Notes: a model not told the origin generated them from the letters alone. Positions 1 to 9,947 are shown, counted from the first letter of the stretch. The stretch: DNA of 32,000 nucleotides from Caldimicrobium thiodismutans (GCF_001548275.1 NZ_AP014945.1:1140001-1172000), one strand, 5' to 3'. Made by a program: numbers and translations.

Positions 1-547
1 ACCCGTAACTCCAAACTGGGGTTACGCAGAAAGGCCTATGGAGGCCCTCTTATGTTAAATCCTTGGTATGTAACAGGACTTTGTGAGGGAGAAGCCTCTT
101 TTAGTGTAAGTTTTAATTTAAGAAATAAGTTAAATGTTGGTATAGAGACCAAGCCTTCCTTTTCCATAACCTTAAATCGAAGAGATTTAGAGCTTATAAA
201 AGAAATTTATAAGTTTTTTGGTTGTGGAGGGATAAGGTATTCAAGGCCTGATAGATGTTATAAATATGAGGTTAGGTCTGTTAATGACCTTGTAGAAAAA
301 ATTATTCCGCATTTTGAGGAGTATCCTTTACAAGGAGCTAAAAAAAGGGATTTTGAGCTATTTAAAAAAATATGTCTTATGGTAAGAGCGAATTTACATC
401 TTTCTTTTAAGTATTTACCTGAAATTATTGATTTTGCTTATCAAATGAATGAGAGTGGTAGAAGAAGGTATACTAAGGAGGATCTCCTAAGGGTTCTTGG
501 TGGTGTGAAGGGATAGTCTACCCCTTGCCGAAAGGCTTGAGAGGGTG
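1..547 (+). mobile_element. 3' portion of an intron (group I-type, inferred) interrupting the 23S rRNA gene; 5' part lies upstream of the window
   Basis: Positions 1-547 have no 23S colinearity and are AT-rich apart from short structured ends: CGTAAC/GTTACG hairpin at 4-26 and a GCC-GAAA-GGC tetraloop hairpin at about 527-536. The segment contains a LAGLIDADG ORF. Base 547 is G (expected terminal G of a group I intron). Conserved 23S sequence AAGTTCCGACCTGCATGAATGGCGTAACGA starts at 548. Confidence 0.65.
52..516 (+). CDS. LAGLIDADG-family homing endonuclease, single-motif (homodimer-type), intron-encoded
   Basis: 154-aa ORF with ATG at 52. It has an N-terminal LAGLIDADG-type motif WYVTGLCEGEASFSV and the downstream pattern IIPHFEEYPLQGAKKRDFELFKKI typical of rRNA-intron endonucleases. 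It is embedded in the non-rRNA insertion within the 23S gene. Confidence 0.85.
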   Translation: MLNPWYVTGLCEGEASFSVSFNLRNKLNVGIETKPSFSITLNRRDLELIKEIYKFFGCGGIRYSRPDRCYKYEVRSVNDLVEKIIPHFEEYPLQGAKKRDFELFKKICLMVRANLHLSFKYLPEIIDFAYQMNESGRRRYTKEDLLRVLGGVKG

Positions 548-1505
<958 letters not shown>

Positions 1506-1562
1506 AGTACCAGCTTAAATCCTTCAAAGACTCCCTATTCACTTGTATAAAATTTATAGATT

Positions 1563-1682
1563 TCCCGGGTGCCCATACCGGAGGGGAAACACCCGTTCCC
1601 ATTCCGAACACGGTCGTTAAGCCCTCCAGGGCCGATGGTACTGGGCGGTTACCCGCCTGGGAGAGTAGGTCGGTGCCCGGGG
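1563..1682 (+). rRNA. rrf: 5S rRNA
   Basis: CCCGGGTGCCCATACC...CCCATTCCGAACACGG...GCCGATGGTACTGGG...GGGAGAGTAGGTCGGTGCCCGGGG matches conserved 5S blocks, and the terminal helix pairs CCCGGG/CCCGGG. It lies about 58 nt after the 23S end. Ends are +/- 2 nt. Confidence 0.92.
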
Positions 1683-1689
1683 TTTTTTA
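1671..1689 (+). terminator. Possible rrn operon terminator (5S terminal helix followed by a T6 run)
   Basis: GGTGCCCGGGG is followed directly by TTTTTT at 1683-1688. Confidence 0.35.
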
Positions 1690-1732
1690 TGTCTTGAAAT
1701 TTTTTCAACCCTTAGTAAATTATCTCTTCTAA

Positions 1733-3613
1733 ATGAATTCCACCTTAAAAATAATCGGTCTTTTCTTTTTGATTTTTATTCTTTTTTTAAGTACTTTAGT
1801 TCTTATACTTTTTCTTTATCTCAAAATATCCCTCCCCAGCATCTCAAAGCTTAAAAGTTATAGGCCCAAGCAGGTTAATCTCATTGTAGATCGCAATGAT
1901 AAAATAATTGGTTATTTAGGAGAGGAAAGGAGAATCTTTGTTCCTTTAAAAAAGATACCTCCCCATGTGGTAAGGGCCTTTCTTGCTGCTGAAGATGCCA
2001 ATTTTTATAAGCATAAAGGGATTGATTTCTTTAGCCTGTTAAGAGCCCTATTTAAAAATGTTATATCTGGGAAAATTGTTCAGGGGGGAAGTACTATTAC
2101 TCAACAGGTAGCTAAATCCCTACTTTTATCTCCAGAAAGAACCTTTTCCAGAAAATTTAAAGAGATGATACTTGCCTGGCAGATGGAGAAATACTTGACC
2201 AAAGATGAGATTTTGACACTCTATTTAAATCACATTTATCTGGGAGAGGGAGCTTACGGAGTTGAAGCAGCAGCACTGACCTATTTTAATAAACATGTCT
2301 GGGAGCTTGATTTACTTGAGGCTGCAACTTTAGCTGGGCTTCCTCCAGGACCTTCAAGGTTTAGTCCTGTTGATAATCCTCAGGCTGCCCTTCAGAGGAG
2401 AAATTATGTCTTGAGGAGAATGGCGGAGGTTGGTTTTATATCTGAGGGGCTTGCTAATCAGTTAGTTACAAAGCCTCTCCTTGTGAATCCAAAAAATGTG
2501 AATATTCCAGCTCATAGTGCTTATTTTATAGACCTTGTAAAGGCAGAGATTGAGAAATTACTGCCTAAGGAGGCCTTAGAACAGGGTGGTTATAGAATAA
2601 AGACAACCCTTGATCTGGAATGGCAAAAGAAGGGTTACGAAAATCTTATAAATGCATTGAGGGGTCTTTCCAAAAAAGATCCACCCGAGGTAGCTGCGGT
2701 CTGCTTGGCTAATGCAGATGGAGGAGTTAGATTTTTACTGGGAGGAAGAAATTATTTAGAATCAACCTATAATAGGGCTATCTTAGGAAAAAGGCAGGCA
2801 GGCTCTGCCTTTAAACCCTTTATTTGGGCAGAGGCTTTAGAAAAGGGAGTGCTTAATCCTAATGCGATTCTTCCAGATGAACCTATTACTCTGCCTGGTG
2901 CAGATGCAGGGAAGGATTGGAGCCCAGGAAATTATGATGGCAAATACATGGGGCCTGTAAGTTTAAAGGAGGCCCTTGCCCATTCAAGAAATACAGTTGC
3001 GGTTAGGATAGCTCTTCTTTTAGGAATTGATAGGCTTACTGATTTGGTAAGGCGTCTTGAATTGAAGTTTCCTCTTCCTATTAATTTAAGCATAGCTCTT
3101 GGCACCTATGAGGTTTCTCCACTTGAGCTCACCTCGGCTTTTTCTGTTTTTCCAACCCTCGGACAAAAGGTAACACCCCGGTTTGTTGAGACTATCTATG
3201 ATCAGATTTTTGACGGTAAGGTAATATATCAGAGTGAGCCCCAGAGCAAAGAGGTCTTTTCTCCTCAGACAGCCTCCATTATGAATGATTTTCTTCAGGA
3301 AGTAGTAAGAGCTGGAACGGGAAGGTGTGCCGTTGCCCTTAGAGTACCTGTGGGAGGAAAAACAGGAACCACTCAAGAATACAAGGATGCCTGGTTTGTA
3401 GGATTTACAGCTGATTATACCTGTGGTGTATGGGTTGGGTATGATAAAGGAAGAACCTTGGGGAAAGGAGAAACAGGAGGTAAGATTGCCTGTCCTCTCT
3501 GGCTTAGCCTGATGCAGGGGACCAGTCACACACCCAAACCCCTTCCCTTTTACATCCCTCCTCAGGATGTCACTAATTCAACATCTCCGTCCTCAGAAAT
3601 TTCTCCTCAATAA
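1733..3613 (+). CDS. Class A penicillin-binding protein (PBP1A-type bifunctional glycosyltransferase/transpeptidase)
   Basis: 626 aa with an N-terminal TM anchor. GT51 motifs EDANFYKHKGID, GGSTITQQ and RKFKE are present, as are transpeptidase motifs SAFKP (SxxK), SRN and KTGTT. No obvious SD sequence precedes the ATG. Confidence 0.9.
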   Translation: MNSTLKIIGLFFLIFILFLSTLVLILFLYLKISLPSISKLKSYRPKQVNLIVDRNDKIIGYLGEERRIFVPLKKIPPHVVRAFLAAEDANFYKHKGIDFFSLLRALFKNVISGKIVQGGSTITQQVAKSLLLSPERTFSRKFKEMILAWQMEKYLTKDEILTLYLNHIYLGEGAYGVEAAALTYFNKHVWELDLLEAATLAGLPPGPSRFSPVDNPQAALQRRNYVLRRMAEVGFISEGLANQLVTKPLLVNPKNVNIPAHSAYFIDLVKAEIEKLLPKEALEQGGYRIKTTLDLEWQKKGYENLINALRGLSKKDPPEVAAVCLANADGGVRFLLGGRNYLESTYNRAILGKRQAGSAFKPFIWAEALEKGVLNPNAILPDEPITLPGADAGKDWSPGNYDGKYMGPVSLKEALAHSRNTVAVRIALLLGIDRLTDLVRRLELKFPLPINLSIALGTYEVSPLELTSAFSVFPTLGQKVTPRFVETIYDQIFDGKVIYQSEPQSKEVFSPQTASIMNDFLQEVVRAGTGRCAVALRVPVGGKTGTTQEYKDAWFVGFTADYTCGVWVGYDKGRTLGKGETGGKIACPLWLSLMQGTSHTPKPLPFYIPPQDVTNSTSPSSEISPQ

Positions 3614-3634
3614 TTGGTTTATCTGGGTGTTTTT

Positions 3635-3659
3635 GCATAAGGGTGCATCCTTACCAGAA
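3635..3659 (+). repeat. Dispersed intergenic repeat, degenerate module-1 copy (A1)
   Basis: GCATAAGGGTGCATCCTTACCAGAA compared with module-1 GCATAAGTTCAGATCCTTACAAGAA. Confidence 0.4.
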
Positions 3660-3718
3660 TTCATTATTCCCCTCTGCACAGGCAGGGGAATTATTTGGGG
3701 GTTTTAAACATTTATAAT

Positions 3719-3787
3719 GCATAAGTTCAGATTCCTACAAGAAAAAGGAAGGGTGGAAAAGGGGAAAAGGTGAGAGGGGGGTTGACT
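3719..3787 (+). repeat. Dispersed intergenic repeat, copy A2 (module 1 only, ends in a -35 box)
   Basis: GCATAAGTTCAGATTCCTACAAGAAAAAGGAAGGGTGGAAAAGG...GGGTTGAC. Confidence 0.7.
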
Positions 3788-3810
3788 TGTAAAGAAAAAG
3801 CTTTTAAAGT
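3782..3810 (+). promoter_or_regulatory. Candidate sigma70-type promoter (TTGACT-17-TAAAGT) for the flavin reductase-like gene
   Basis: TTGACT at 3782-3787, a 17-nt spacer and TAAAGT at 3805-3810, about 30 nt upstream of the ATG at 3840. The -35 box sits at the end of repeat copy A2. Confidence 0.4.
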
Positions 3811-3839
3811 AAAAGAAAAGCCCTTGAGGAGGTGAAAAG

Positions 3840-4319
3840 ATGGGTTTGCAAAAATTAATTAGCACTTATATTTCCCAGGGAGTTTTTGTGATTACATCGC
3901 AGGCAAATGGAAAACTTAATGGCATGACAGCCGCCTGGGTTTCTCAGGTTTCCTTTAAACCTCGGCTTTTAGGAGTAGCTATTGCCCCTCAGAGATATAC
4001 CTTTGAGCTAATTGAAAAGTCTAAGGTCTTTTGTATAAATGTCCTCTCGGAAGAGCAGATTGACCTTGCCAAACATTTTGGCTTTCATAGTGGTAGAAAA
4101 GTCAATAAATTTGAAAACATACCTTATAAGTTTGCTCTTAAGGGCTCTCCAGTAATTCTGTCAGCAATAGCCTATTTTGAGTGCGAGGTAACCCATCTTT
4201 ACGAAACGGGAGATCATATTATAGTTGTGGGAGAGGTGGGAGATTACGAAATTATTAGGCCAGAGGCCAAGCCACTGATTTTTAAATGGGATGATTATTT
4301 TGGAGGGGTTGAGGGATAA
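3840..4319 (+). CDS. Flavin reductase-like domain protein (FMN-binding split barrel)
   Basis: 159 aa with the pattern NGMTAAWVSQVSFKPRLLGVAI typical of the flavin reductase-like domain. A GGAGGTG RBS lies upstream. Confidence 0.7.
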   Translation: MGLQKLISTYISQGVFVITSQANGKLNGMTAAWVSQVSFKPRLLGVAIAPQRYTFELIEKSKVFCINVLSEEQIDLAKHFGFHSGRKVNKFENIPYKFALKGSPVILSAIAYFECEVTHLYETGDHIIVVGEVGDYEIIRPEAKPLIFKWDDYFGGVEG

Positions 4320-4927
4320 TGGAAGATGATAAATTATTAAGGTTTCACGAAAGATTAAAGGATTTTCTCCAAAAAAATCTTACTAAATTATTAAATTTAG
4401 TCTTATTTTTCGTTATTATTATTGCCCTTTCAGGGGGCTGGTTTTTTTATCAGAAAAACAAGGAAAAAAGGGCCTTTGAAAAGTTCGTTGAGATTATTCA
4501 CAAGCAGGGTGATTTAAAGACCTTAGAGGATTTTGTTAAAAAATATGGAGGCACACAGGCAGGGCTTCAGGCCTCCTTGATTTTATGGGATACCTTACAA
4601 AAAGGGGGAACTCCTCATCAACTTAATGAGGGGCTGAACACTCTTAAAAAAGTCTATCCCAGAAAGCTTGAAGGCTTAATACTTTATGCACAGGCAAAAG
4701 TTTTTGAGGACTCGGGAAAAAGGGCAGAGGCCATATCTATCTATCAAAAACTTTTAGATAAAGACCCCAATCTTAAAGATCAAGTTTTAATGGATCTGGC
4801 AAGGTTATCAGCCTCAACACAAAAAGATGTGGCTATCAAGTATTATCAGGAAATCCAAAAGAATTATCCTCAATTTTACGGTAAAGGGCTTGCAGAATAT
4901 AAGCTTTATGAATTAAAGAGAAAGTGA
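4319..4927 (+). CDS. Membrane-anchored TPR-like protein (YfgM-like architecture), function unknown
   Basis: 202 aa with a TAATG overlap with the upstream gene. It has a single N-terminal TM helix (LLNLVLFFVIIIALSGGWFFY) followed by helical-repeat sequence (AEAISIYQKLLDKDPN...). Confidence 0.45.
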   Translation: MEDDKLLRFHERLKDFLQKNLTKLLNLVLFFVIIIALSGGWFFYQKNKEKRAFEKFVEIIHKQGDLKTLEDFVKKYGGTQAGLQASLILWDTLQKGGTPHQLNEGLNTLKKVYPRKLEGLILYAQAKVFEDSGKRAEAISIYQKLLDKDPNLKDQVLMDLARLSASTQKDVAIKYYQEIQKNYPQFYGKGLAEYKLYELKRK

Positions 4928-4936
4928 GGTAGGTCC

Positions 4937-5407
4937 GTGCCTTTTAGTATTTTTAAAAAATTAGCAGAAGAGCGCATACGGGAGGCTATGGAAAGAGGAG
5001 AATTTAATGATCTGGAATTAAAGGGCAAACCTGTGGAATTAAAGGAGGATCCCTTTGTCCCTGAGGAGTTGAGAATAGCCTACCGCATGCTTAAAAATGC
5101 TGGGTTTTTACCCAAGGAGGTAGAATTAAGAAAAGAAATCGCTGAACTTGAGGCCTATCTTGATGAAGAGCATCAAGATGCATATGGAAAGATAAAAAAG
5201 CTGAGTGCCCTTCTCTTTCATTTAAATCAGATAAGAAGTAAGCCTCTCCAGGTGGAAGATGAAGAGTATTATGCCAAAATCGTAGAGAAGATCAGGATCT
5301 ATAAAAAAGAGGCCTTTCCAAAAGAAAGAAAAGAACCCCAAAAGATAGATTTTTCAAAATTACAGACACTACTTTCAGTTAAATCCTTTTATCGCAAGAA
5401 AAGATAA
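4937..5407 (+). CDS. DUF1992 / DnaJC28-like family protein
   Basis: 156 aa with a GTG start. The N-terminus LAEERIREAMERGEFNDLELKGKPV matches the conserved DUF1992 signature (IAE..I..A...G.FDNL.G.GKPL). Confidence 0.6.
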   Translation: MPFSIFKKLAEERIREAMERGEFNDLELKGKPVELKEDPFVPEELRIAYRMLKNAGFLPKEVELRKEIAELEAYLDEEHQDAYGKIKKLSALLFHLNQIRSKPLQVEDEEYYAKIVEKIRIYKKEAFPKERKEPQKIDFSKLQTLLSVKSFYRKKR

Positions 5408-5416
5408 AATTCCAAG

Positions 5417-6556
5417 ATGCCTTTAAAGTCAGATGAATTTTATATATTGAAGGCTATAAAAGCTGCCCACAAGGGATTGGGAAAGACCTCTCCTAATCCA
5501 CCTGTGGGGGCAGTGGTAGTTGATCCCCAAAGCGGTGAGATTATAGCTAAGGGATATCACAGAGCTTATGGTAAACCCCATGCCGAGAGAGAGGCCTTAG
5601 CTAAGGCAGGAAAAAGGGCAAGGGGAGCCTTTCTGTATGTAACTCTTGAACCCTGTTGCCATTATGGGAAAACTCCTCCTTGCACAGAGGCTATCCTTGA
5701 AGCAGGTATAAAAAGGGTCGTTTGTGGAATCCGGGATCCCAATCCTATTGCCTGCAACGGCTTGAACCTGCTTAAGGAAAAAGGAGTTGATGTAAAGGTT
5801 GGTGTTTGTTCCTCTGAAGTAAAATACCTTACGCGTTTTTTTTTGAGCAAAATCTTAAGAGGAAGGCCCTGGATTATAGTAAAATCAGCTCAAAGCTTAG
5901 ATGGAAGAATTGCCGTTTCAAGTGGAGACTCTAAGTGGATTTCAGGGGAAAAGGCCTTGAAATTTTCCCATAAATTAAGGGCTCAGGTTGATGCCATTGT
6001 GGTTGGTAAAAAGACTGTGCTTGCAGATAATCCCGAACTTACTACCAGGTTTGTAAAGGGTAAAAATCCCCTAAGGATAATCCTTGATTCCAAGGTCAGC
6101 CTTGATCCTGACCTTAAAGTTTTTGAAGTTTCCCGGGACAAAAGAACTATACTTGTATGCGGAGAGGAAGTGCCTGAGGAAAAGATTCAACCCTTTCTTA
6201 AAAGGGGGGTTGAGATATGGAAAATCCCTCTTATCGAGGGAAAGATAAATTTAAAAGCCTTTGTGGAGAAGGCTCTAAAGGAAAATATTCTTTCCATACT
6301 TGTTGAGGGTGGCGGAAACCTTCAGGGGGCATTTTTAAGGGAAGGACTTATTGATGAAGTCTTTGTAGCTATAGCTCCAATGCTTATTGGAGACTCAGAG
6401 GGTATCTTCAGCTTTTCAGCCCGGCCTTTAAAAACACTCTCTCAGGCTACGAAATTATATAATTCTACCATAAAAAAACTTGGGAAAGACTTTCTTTTTC
6501 ACGGTTTTACTCAAGAGGGATATAAGCTTTTGAATACTCCTTTAGAATCTCTTTAA
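5417..6556 (+). CDS. ribD: Bifunctional riboflavin biosynthesis protein RibD (pyrimidine deaminase / uracil reductase)
   Basis: 379 aa with deaminase zinc motifs HAEREAL and TLEPCCHYGKTPPC, plus a C-terminal reductase domain (KSAQSLDGRIA, VEGGGNL). Confidence 0.92.
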   Translation: MPLKSDEFYILKAIKAAHKGLGKTSPNPPVGAVVVDPQSGEIIAKGYHRAYGKPHAEREALAKAGKRARGAFLYVTLEPCCHYGKTPPCTEAILEAGIKRVVCGIRDPNPIACNGLNLLKEKGVDVKVGVCSSEVKYLTRFFLSKILRGRPWIIVKSAQSLDGRIAVSSGDSKWISGEKALKFSHKLRAQVDAIVVGKKTVLADNPELTTRFVKGKNPLRIILDSKVSLDPDLKVFEVSRDKRTILVCGEEVPEEKIQPFLKRGVEIWKIPLIEGKINLKAFVEKALKENILSILVEGGGNLQGAFLREGLIDEVFVAIAPMLIGDSEGIFSFSARPLKTLSQATKLYNSTIKKLGKDFLFHGFTQEGYKLLNTPLESL

Positions 6557-7109
6557 GTTCCCTTTCCAGTTCAGCAAGAGATTTTTCCGAAGAAAAGATT
6601 TTATGAGCTCTTTTTTCTTTTTCTTTAAGAGGGATTTGAAAGCTTAAGAGTTTAATTAATTCTGGCTCTCTCAATTTATAAATTCTTTCTCTTTGAGTTT
6701 CTTCAGAAGAGCTGATAACCCAGATTTCATCAAAATATTTTTCCCAGGCTACTTCAAAGAGAAGAGGCACTTCAACAAAGACTAACCTTTCCCCTCTCCT
6801 TTCTAACCCTTCAAAAAAGTGCATGATTTCCCTCAGAACCTCAGGGTGAAGTAGTTCTTCAAGTTTTTGCTTAAGAGAAGGAGAATCAATAATTTTTTTT
6901 AATATAATCTTTTTATTAATATGGCCCTCTTTAGATAGGACCTTTTTACCAAAAAGCTCAATTATTTTTTCTTGAATATCCTTTCGCTTATAAAGATTTT
7001 CCACAATTTCATCACAGGAAAGAGCAGGAAAGCCAAGTTTTTTCAGAATCTTAAGGAGGGTTGTTTTACCGGTGGCTATACCCCCTGTTATAGCAATCTT
7101 TTTAAGCAT
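6507..7109 (-). CDS. coaE: Dephospho-CoA kinase
   Basis: The track ORF 6507..7292 is trimmed to the internal ATG at 7109-7107, giving MLKKIAITGGIATGKTT (P-loop at the N-terminus, about 200 aa, typical CoaE). This start overlaps the rluD stop. Confidence 0.85.
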   Translation of the reverse strand: MLKKIAITGGIATGKTTLLKILKKLGFPALSCDEIVENLYKRKDIQEKIIELFGKKVLSKEGHINKKIILKKIIDSPSLKQKLEELLHPEVLREIMHFFEGLERRGERLVFVEVPLLFEVAWEKYFDEIWVISSSEETQRERIYKLREPELIKLLSFQIPLKEKEKRAHKIFSSEKSLAELERELKEILKEYSKAYIPLE

Positions 7110-8034
7110 AATCCTCAAGGATTTTAATGTATTTTTCAAAGTCTTCAGGTGGTTCCTTTGTAAAGGAGAATATTTTACCTGTGCTGGGGTGCTCAAAGGA
7201 GATGGACCTGGCATGAAGCATAAGCCTTTCTGGTTTGGGAAGGTCAGGTTTAAGCCCACCATAAAGGGGATCCCCCAAGATGGGATGCCCAAGGGAGCTA
7301 AAGTGAACCCTTAGTTGATGTGTTCTTCCTGTAACAGGCTTAGCAAGGACAAGGGAGGCCTTTTTAAAATATCTCAAGACCTCATAATGAGTAATGGCTT
7401 CTTTTCCTCCTTTTACCACTGCCATTTTTTTTCTATGCAAAGGATGTCTCCCAATGGAGCTTTCAATTTTTCCTTGAGTTGGTGTGATCTTGCCATAGAG
7501 AATAGCCAGATATTGTTTCTGGATCTTTCTATCTTTAAAGGCTTTTACTAAAGCCTGATGGGCAGCGTCATTTTTAGCAACAAGCATAAGCCCTGAGGTA
7601 TCTTTATCTAAGCGATGGACAATTCCGGGGCGAAGTTTTCCTCCAATTCCTGAGAGGTCTTTTAACTTTTTTAAGAGGCCGTGAACCAAGGTGCCCTCTC
7701 TATGGCCAGGAGCAGGATGCACAACTATACCTGCTGGCTTGTAAATTACTGCAAGGTCTTCATCTTCATAAAGGATCTCAAAGGGCACTTCCTCTGGCTT
7801 AAGGGCAAGGGGTTCTTCAGGAGGGATTTTTACAATGATCCTTTGCCCACCCCTTACTTTTTGACTGGCCTTAGGTCTTTTCAGGTCAAGAGTTACATTG
7901 CCCTTTTCAATCAATTTCTGAATTCTTGAACGGGTAAACTCTGGCAACTTTTCTTTTAGAAAATGATCCAGACGGAGCCCTGCTTTTTCTTCCTCCACCC
8001 TGAAAATAAAGATCTCTTCTTGAGAAGATTTCAT
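7102..8034 (-). CDS. rluD: 23S rRNA pseudouridine synthase, RluD/RluA family
   Basis: N-terminal S4 domain (RLDHFLKEKLPEFTRSRIQKLIEKGNVTLD) and catalytic motif HRLDKDTSG. The start is trimmed to the ATG at 8034 (MKSSQEE...), which forms an ATGA overlap with the mutM stop. Confidence 0.85.
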   Translation of the reverse strand: MKSSQEEIFIFRVEEEKAGLRLDHFLKEKLPEFTRSRIQKLIEKGNVTLDLKRPKASQKVRGGQRIIVKIPPEEPLALKPEEVPFEILYEDEDLAVIYKPAGIVVHPAPGHREGTLVHGLLKKLKDLSGIGGKLRPGIVHRLDKDTSGLMLVAKNDAAHQALVKAFKDRKIQKQYLAILYGKITPTQGKIESSIGRHPLHRKKMAVVKGGKEAITHYEVLRYFKKASLVLAKPVTGRTHQLRVHFSSLGHPILGDPLYGGLKPDLPKPERLMLHARSISFEHPSTGKIFSFTKEPPEDFEKYIKILEDYA

Positions 8035-8840
8035 TTCTGACAATTGGGACAATAAGTAGTTCCCCTTTGGGCAATTATAGTTCGCTTTAAAATAGTTTGG
8101 CAGATAGGGCAAGGGGTCCCAGATTTTCCATAAACCAGGTGTTTCTCTTGAAAGCGTCCCTTTTTCCCTTCACTATCCACATAATCACGAATGGAAGACC
8201 CTCTTAAGGCAATTGCTTCAGCCAAAAGGCTTTGCATCTCCTGATAAAGCCGATATATTTCTTCCTCAGAAAGCTCCATTCCCCGGCGAAAGGGGCTTAT
8301 TTTAGCTCTAAAAAGAAGTTCATCTGTATAGATGTTTCCAAGACCTGCAATAATCCTTTGGTTAAGAAGTAAGTTTTTAACTCTACCCCTGTGTCCCTGA
8401 AGAATTTTTTTTAATTCCTCAAAAGTTAGCTCAAGGGCATCAACTCCTAAGTGATTTAAAAAGGTTGAGAGATCATCCATAGATAAGAGAAAAACTTTAC
8501 CAAATTTGCGGGGGTCTCTAAAAAGAAGTTCCCCTTGGTCAAAGATTAAGGAAAAAATGTTATGCGGGGAAGGAGAACTATTTTTGGAATTTAAAAGCAG
8601 GGACCCCGTTAGGCCAAGATGTAAAATTAGGGCCCTCTCTTTAAAGAGGAGAGCAAGAAACTTTCCTTTCCTTAAAAAGGAATTTAAGCGCTCCCCTTCA
8701 AGAGATTTAAACTCCTGAAGAGAGAGATTATTTTTTTCTAAAAACCTCAGATTGTAAGGAATAATCTTTTTCAGGATTGCACCAGTTAATATCTTTTCAA
8801 GATCCCTTTTTATAGTTTCCACTTCAGGGAGTTCAGGCAT
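8031..8840 (-). CDS. mutM: Formamidopyrimidine-DNA glycosylase (Fpg/MutM)
   Basis: The start is trimmed to MPELPEVE (canonical Fpg N-terminus with catalytic Pro2). A C-terminal zinc finger CPICQ...CPNCQK is present. Confidence 0.9.
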   Translation of the reverse strand: MPELPEVETIKRDLEKILTGAILKKIIPYNLRFLEKNNLSLQEFKSLEGERLNSFLRKGKFLALLFKERALILHLGLTGSLLLNSKNSSPSPHNIFSLIFDQGELLFRDPRKFGKVFLLSMDDLSTFLNHLGVDALELTFEELKKILQGHRGRVKNLLLNQRIIAGLGNIYTDELLFRAKISPFRRGMELSEEEIYRLYQEMQSLLAEAIALRGSSIRDYVDSEGKKGRFQEKHLVYGKSGTPCPICQTILKRTIIAQRGTTYCPNCQK

Positions 8841-8844
8841 ACTT

Positions 8845-9924
8845 TCAAGACTGAGAATTATTACTTTCCTCAAGAGGAGAGAGCCATTTGGTTTTATAGA
8901 TTTCAAGAATAGATAGAAAGAGGCCAAGAATTAGGGGGCCAAGAAATAGCCCGGTTAAGCCAAAGCGGGTAATACCACCAAGAACCGCAAAGAACATAAG
9001 AAGATTGTGAATCTTGGTTTTTCCGCCTATAAGAAAGGGTTTAATAAGATTATCAACCTGGGCAACACTTAAGGCGCAGAAAAGGATTAAGAGAGAGCCC
9101 TTGAGATAGTCTCCTATGATAAATAAATAGATGGATAAGGGTAGCCAGATTAGAGCTGTCCCAAGAAAGGGCATAAATGAGGCAAGCATGGTTAAAAAAG
9201 CAAAAAAAACATATTGAGGTATCCCGAGAAGAAAGTAAATGATCAAAGAAAGGATCCCTTGAATCAAAGCGGTTAAAAGGTTGCCATAAAGGACCCCGTT
9301 AAGAACTATAGAGATTCTTTTTAAAATCTTTTCTTTTTCTTCTTTTTGGCCTGGAATTAGTTCCTTTAAGGCATGGATAATCTTTTCTCCATCAACTAAG
9401 AAATAATAGAGGGTAAAAATGGTGAAGGCAATTTTTAAAATAAATCCAAAGGTTCCAAAAACAATGGAACTCAGAGATTGAAGTAAGCCTTCTATTATTT
9501 TGGATATGCTTTGAGGGAGATTCTTTTGTAAGTTTTCAAGATAAGGGGCAAGATATGGGTAAATCTTGGAGAGGATTATTTTTTCTTTAAGTTTATCTAA
9601 ATAACTAAAAAGATTTTGAAGGGTATCTAAATTTATTTTTTCAAGGAGATTACCAACCTGTGAATAAAAGAGAAGCCCAAGAAAGGCAAGAGGTATTAAA
9701 ATAAAAAAGATAAAAATACTAATGGTGATAAGAGCTGAAAGCCCCTTTTGGCCCTTTAAAAAGAGATTTATTTTCTGGTAAAGGGGATAAAAGAAATAGC
9801 TAAGAACTGCTCCCCAGAAGAGAACCATTATAAAAGGAAGTAAAACATAGACAAAAAGGCCAAGAATAAAGAGAGAAATTGTAAGAATAATGTAAAGATT
9901 GAGAGGAAAGGAATTCCTTTTCAT
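8845..9924 (-). CDS. AI-2E family transporter (UPF0118/PerM-like permease)
   Basis: Polytopic membrane protein of about 360 aa with an architecture and C-terminal pattern (PFLIGGKTKIH...LGGI..FG..G...GP) typical of the family. I prefer the ATG at 9924 because the TTG at 9978 lies inside the upstream terminator hairpin. Confidence 0.6.
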   Translation of the reverse strand: MKRNSFPLNLYIILTISLFILGLFVYVLLPFIMVLFWGAVLSYFFYPLYQKINLFLKGQKGLSALITISIFIFFILIPLAFLGLLFYSQVGNLLEKINLDTLQNLFSYLDKLKEKIILSKIYPYLAPYLENLQKNLPQSISKIIEGLLQSLSSIVFGTFGFILKIAFTIFTLYYFLVDGEKIIHALKELIPGQKEEKEKILKRISIVLNGVLYGNLLTALIQGILSLIIYFLLGIPQYVFFAFLTMLASFMPFLGTALIWLPLSIYLFIIGDYLKGSLLILFCALSVAQVDNLIKPFLIGGKTKIHNLLMFFAVLGGITRFGLTGLFLGPLILGLFLSILEIYKTKWLSPLEESNNSQS

Positions 9925-9947
9925 CAAATCTAAGTATAATATTTTCC

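Noticed and set aside
1-30. CCCGTAACT at the window start resembles helix 69 of 23S (GCCGTAACTATAACGG), suggesting the window might begin in an exon, with a Coxiella-like pair of introns
   Set aside because: The intervening exon sequence (GGTCCTAAGGTAGCGAAATTCCTTGTCGGGT) is nowhere in 1-547. The local pairing (CGTAAC/GTTACG) also differs from H69. I treat it as a chance or intron-internal match.
517-547. Alternative exon boundary at about 523, because CCCCTTGCCG resembles the 23S exon string TTCCTTGTCGGG
   Set aside because: This would require a 12-nt insertion (AAAGGCTTGAGA) and an extra G inside one of the most conserved 23S segments. Placing the boundary at 547/548 restores ...|AAGTTCCGACC exactly and gives a terminal G.
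3086-3529. Antisense or shadow ORFs inside confident genes (e.g. 3086..3529-, 5662..5850-, 7072..7929+ set, 8506..8718+, 10277..10964 set, 14230..14945-, 16153..16824-, 17711..18241-, 18609..18967-, 23420..23995-, 25569..25973-, 26685..26945-, 28007..28192-, 29111..30217-, 30916..31572-)
   Set aside because: Each is fully contained in, and opposite or out of frame to, a gene with strong family motifs. They have low-complexity or atypical composition and no RBS.
3614-3700. Terminator after the PBP gene (CCCCTCTGCACAGGCAGGGG followed by AATTATTTGGGGGTTTT)
   Set aside because: The stem is interrupted by a bulge and the downstream T-run is short and broken. It is plausible but too weak to list as a feature.
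3750-3781. G-tract run GGGTGGAAAAGGGGAAAAGGTGAGAGGGGGG as a possible G-quadruplex or riboswitch upstream of the flavin reductase-like gene
   Set aside because: It lies upstream of the predicted -35 box, so it is not in the transcript. The tract spacing is irregular, and part of it belongs to the dispersed repeat. There is no support for a structured RNA.
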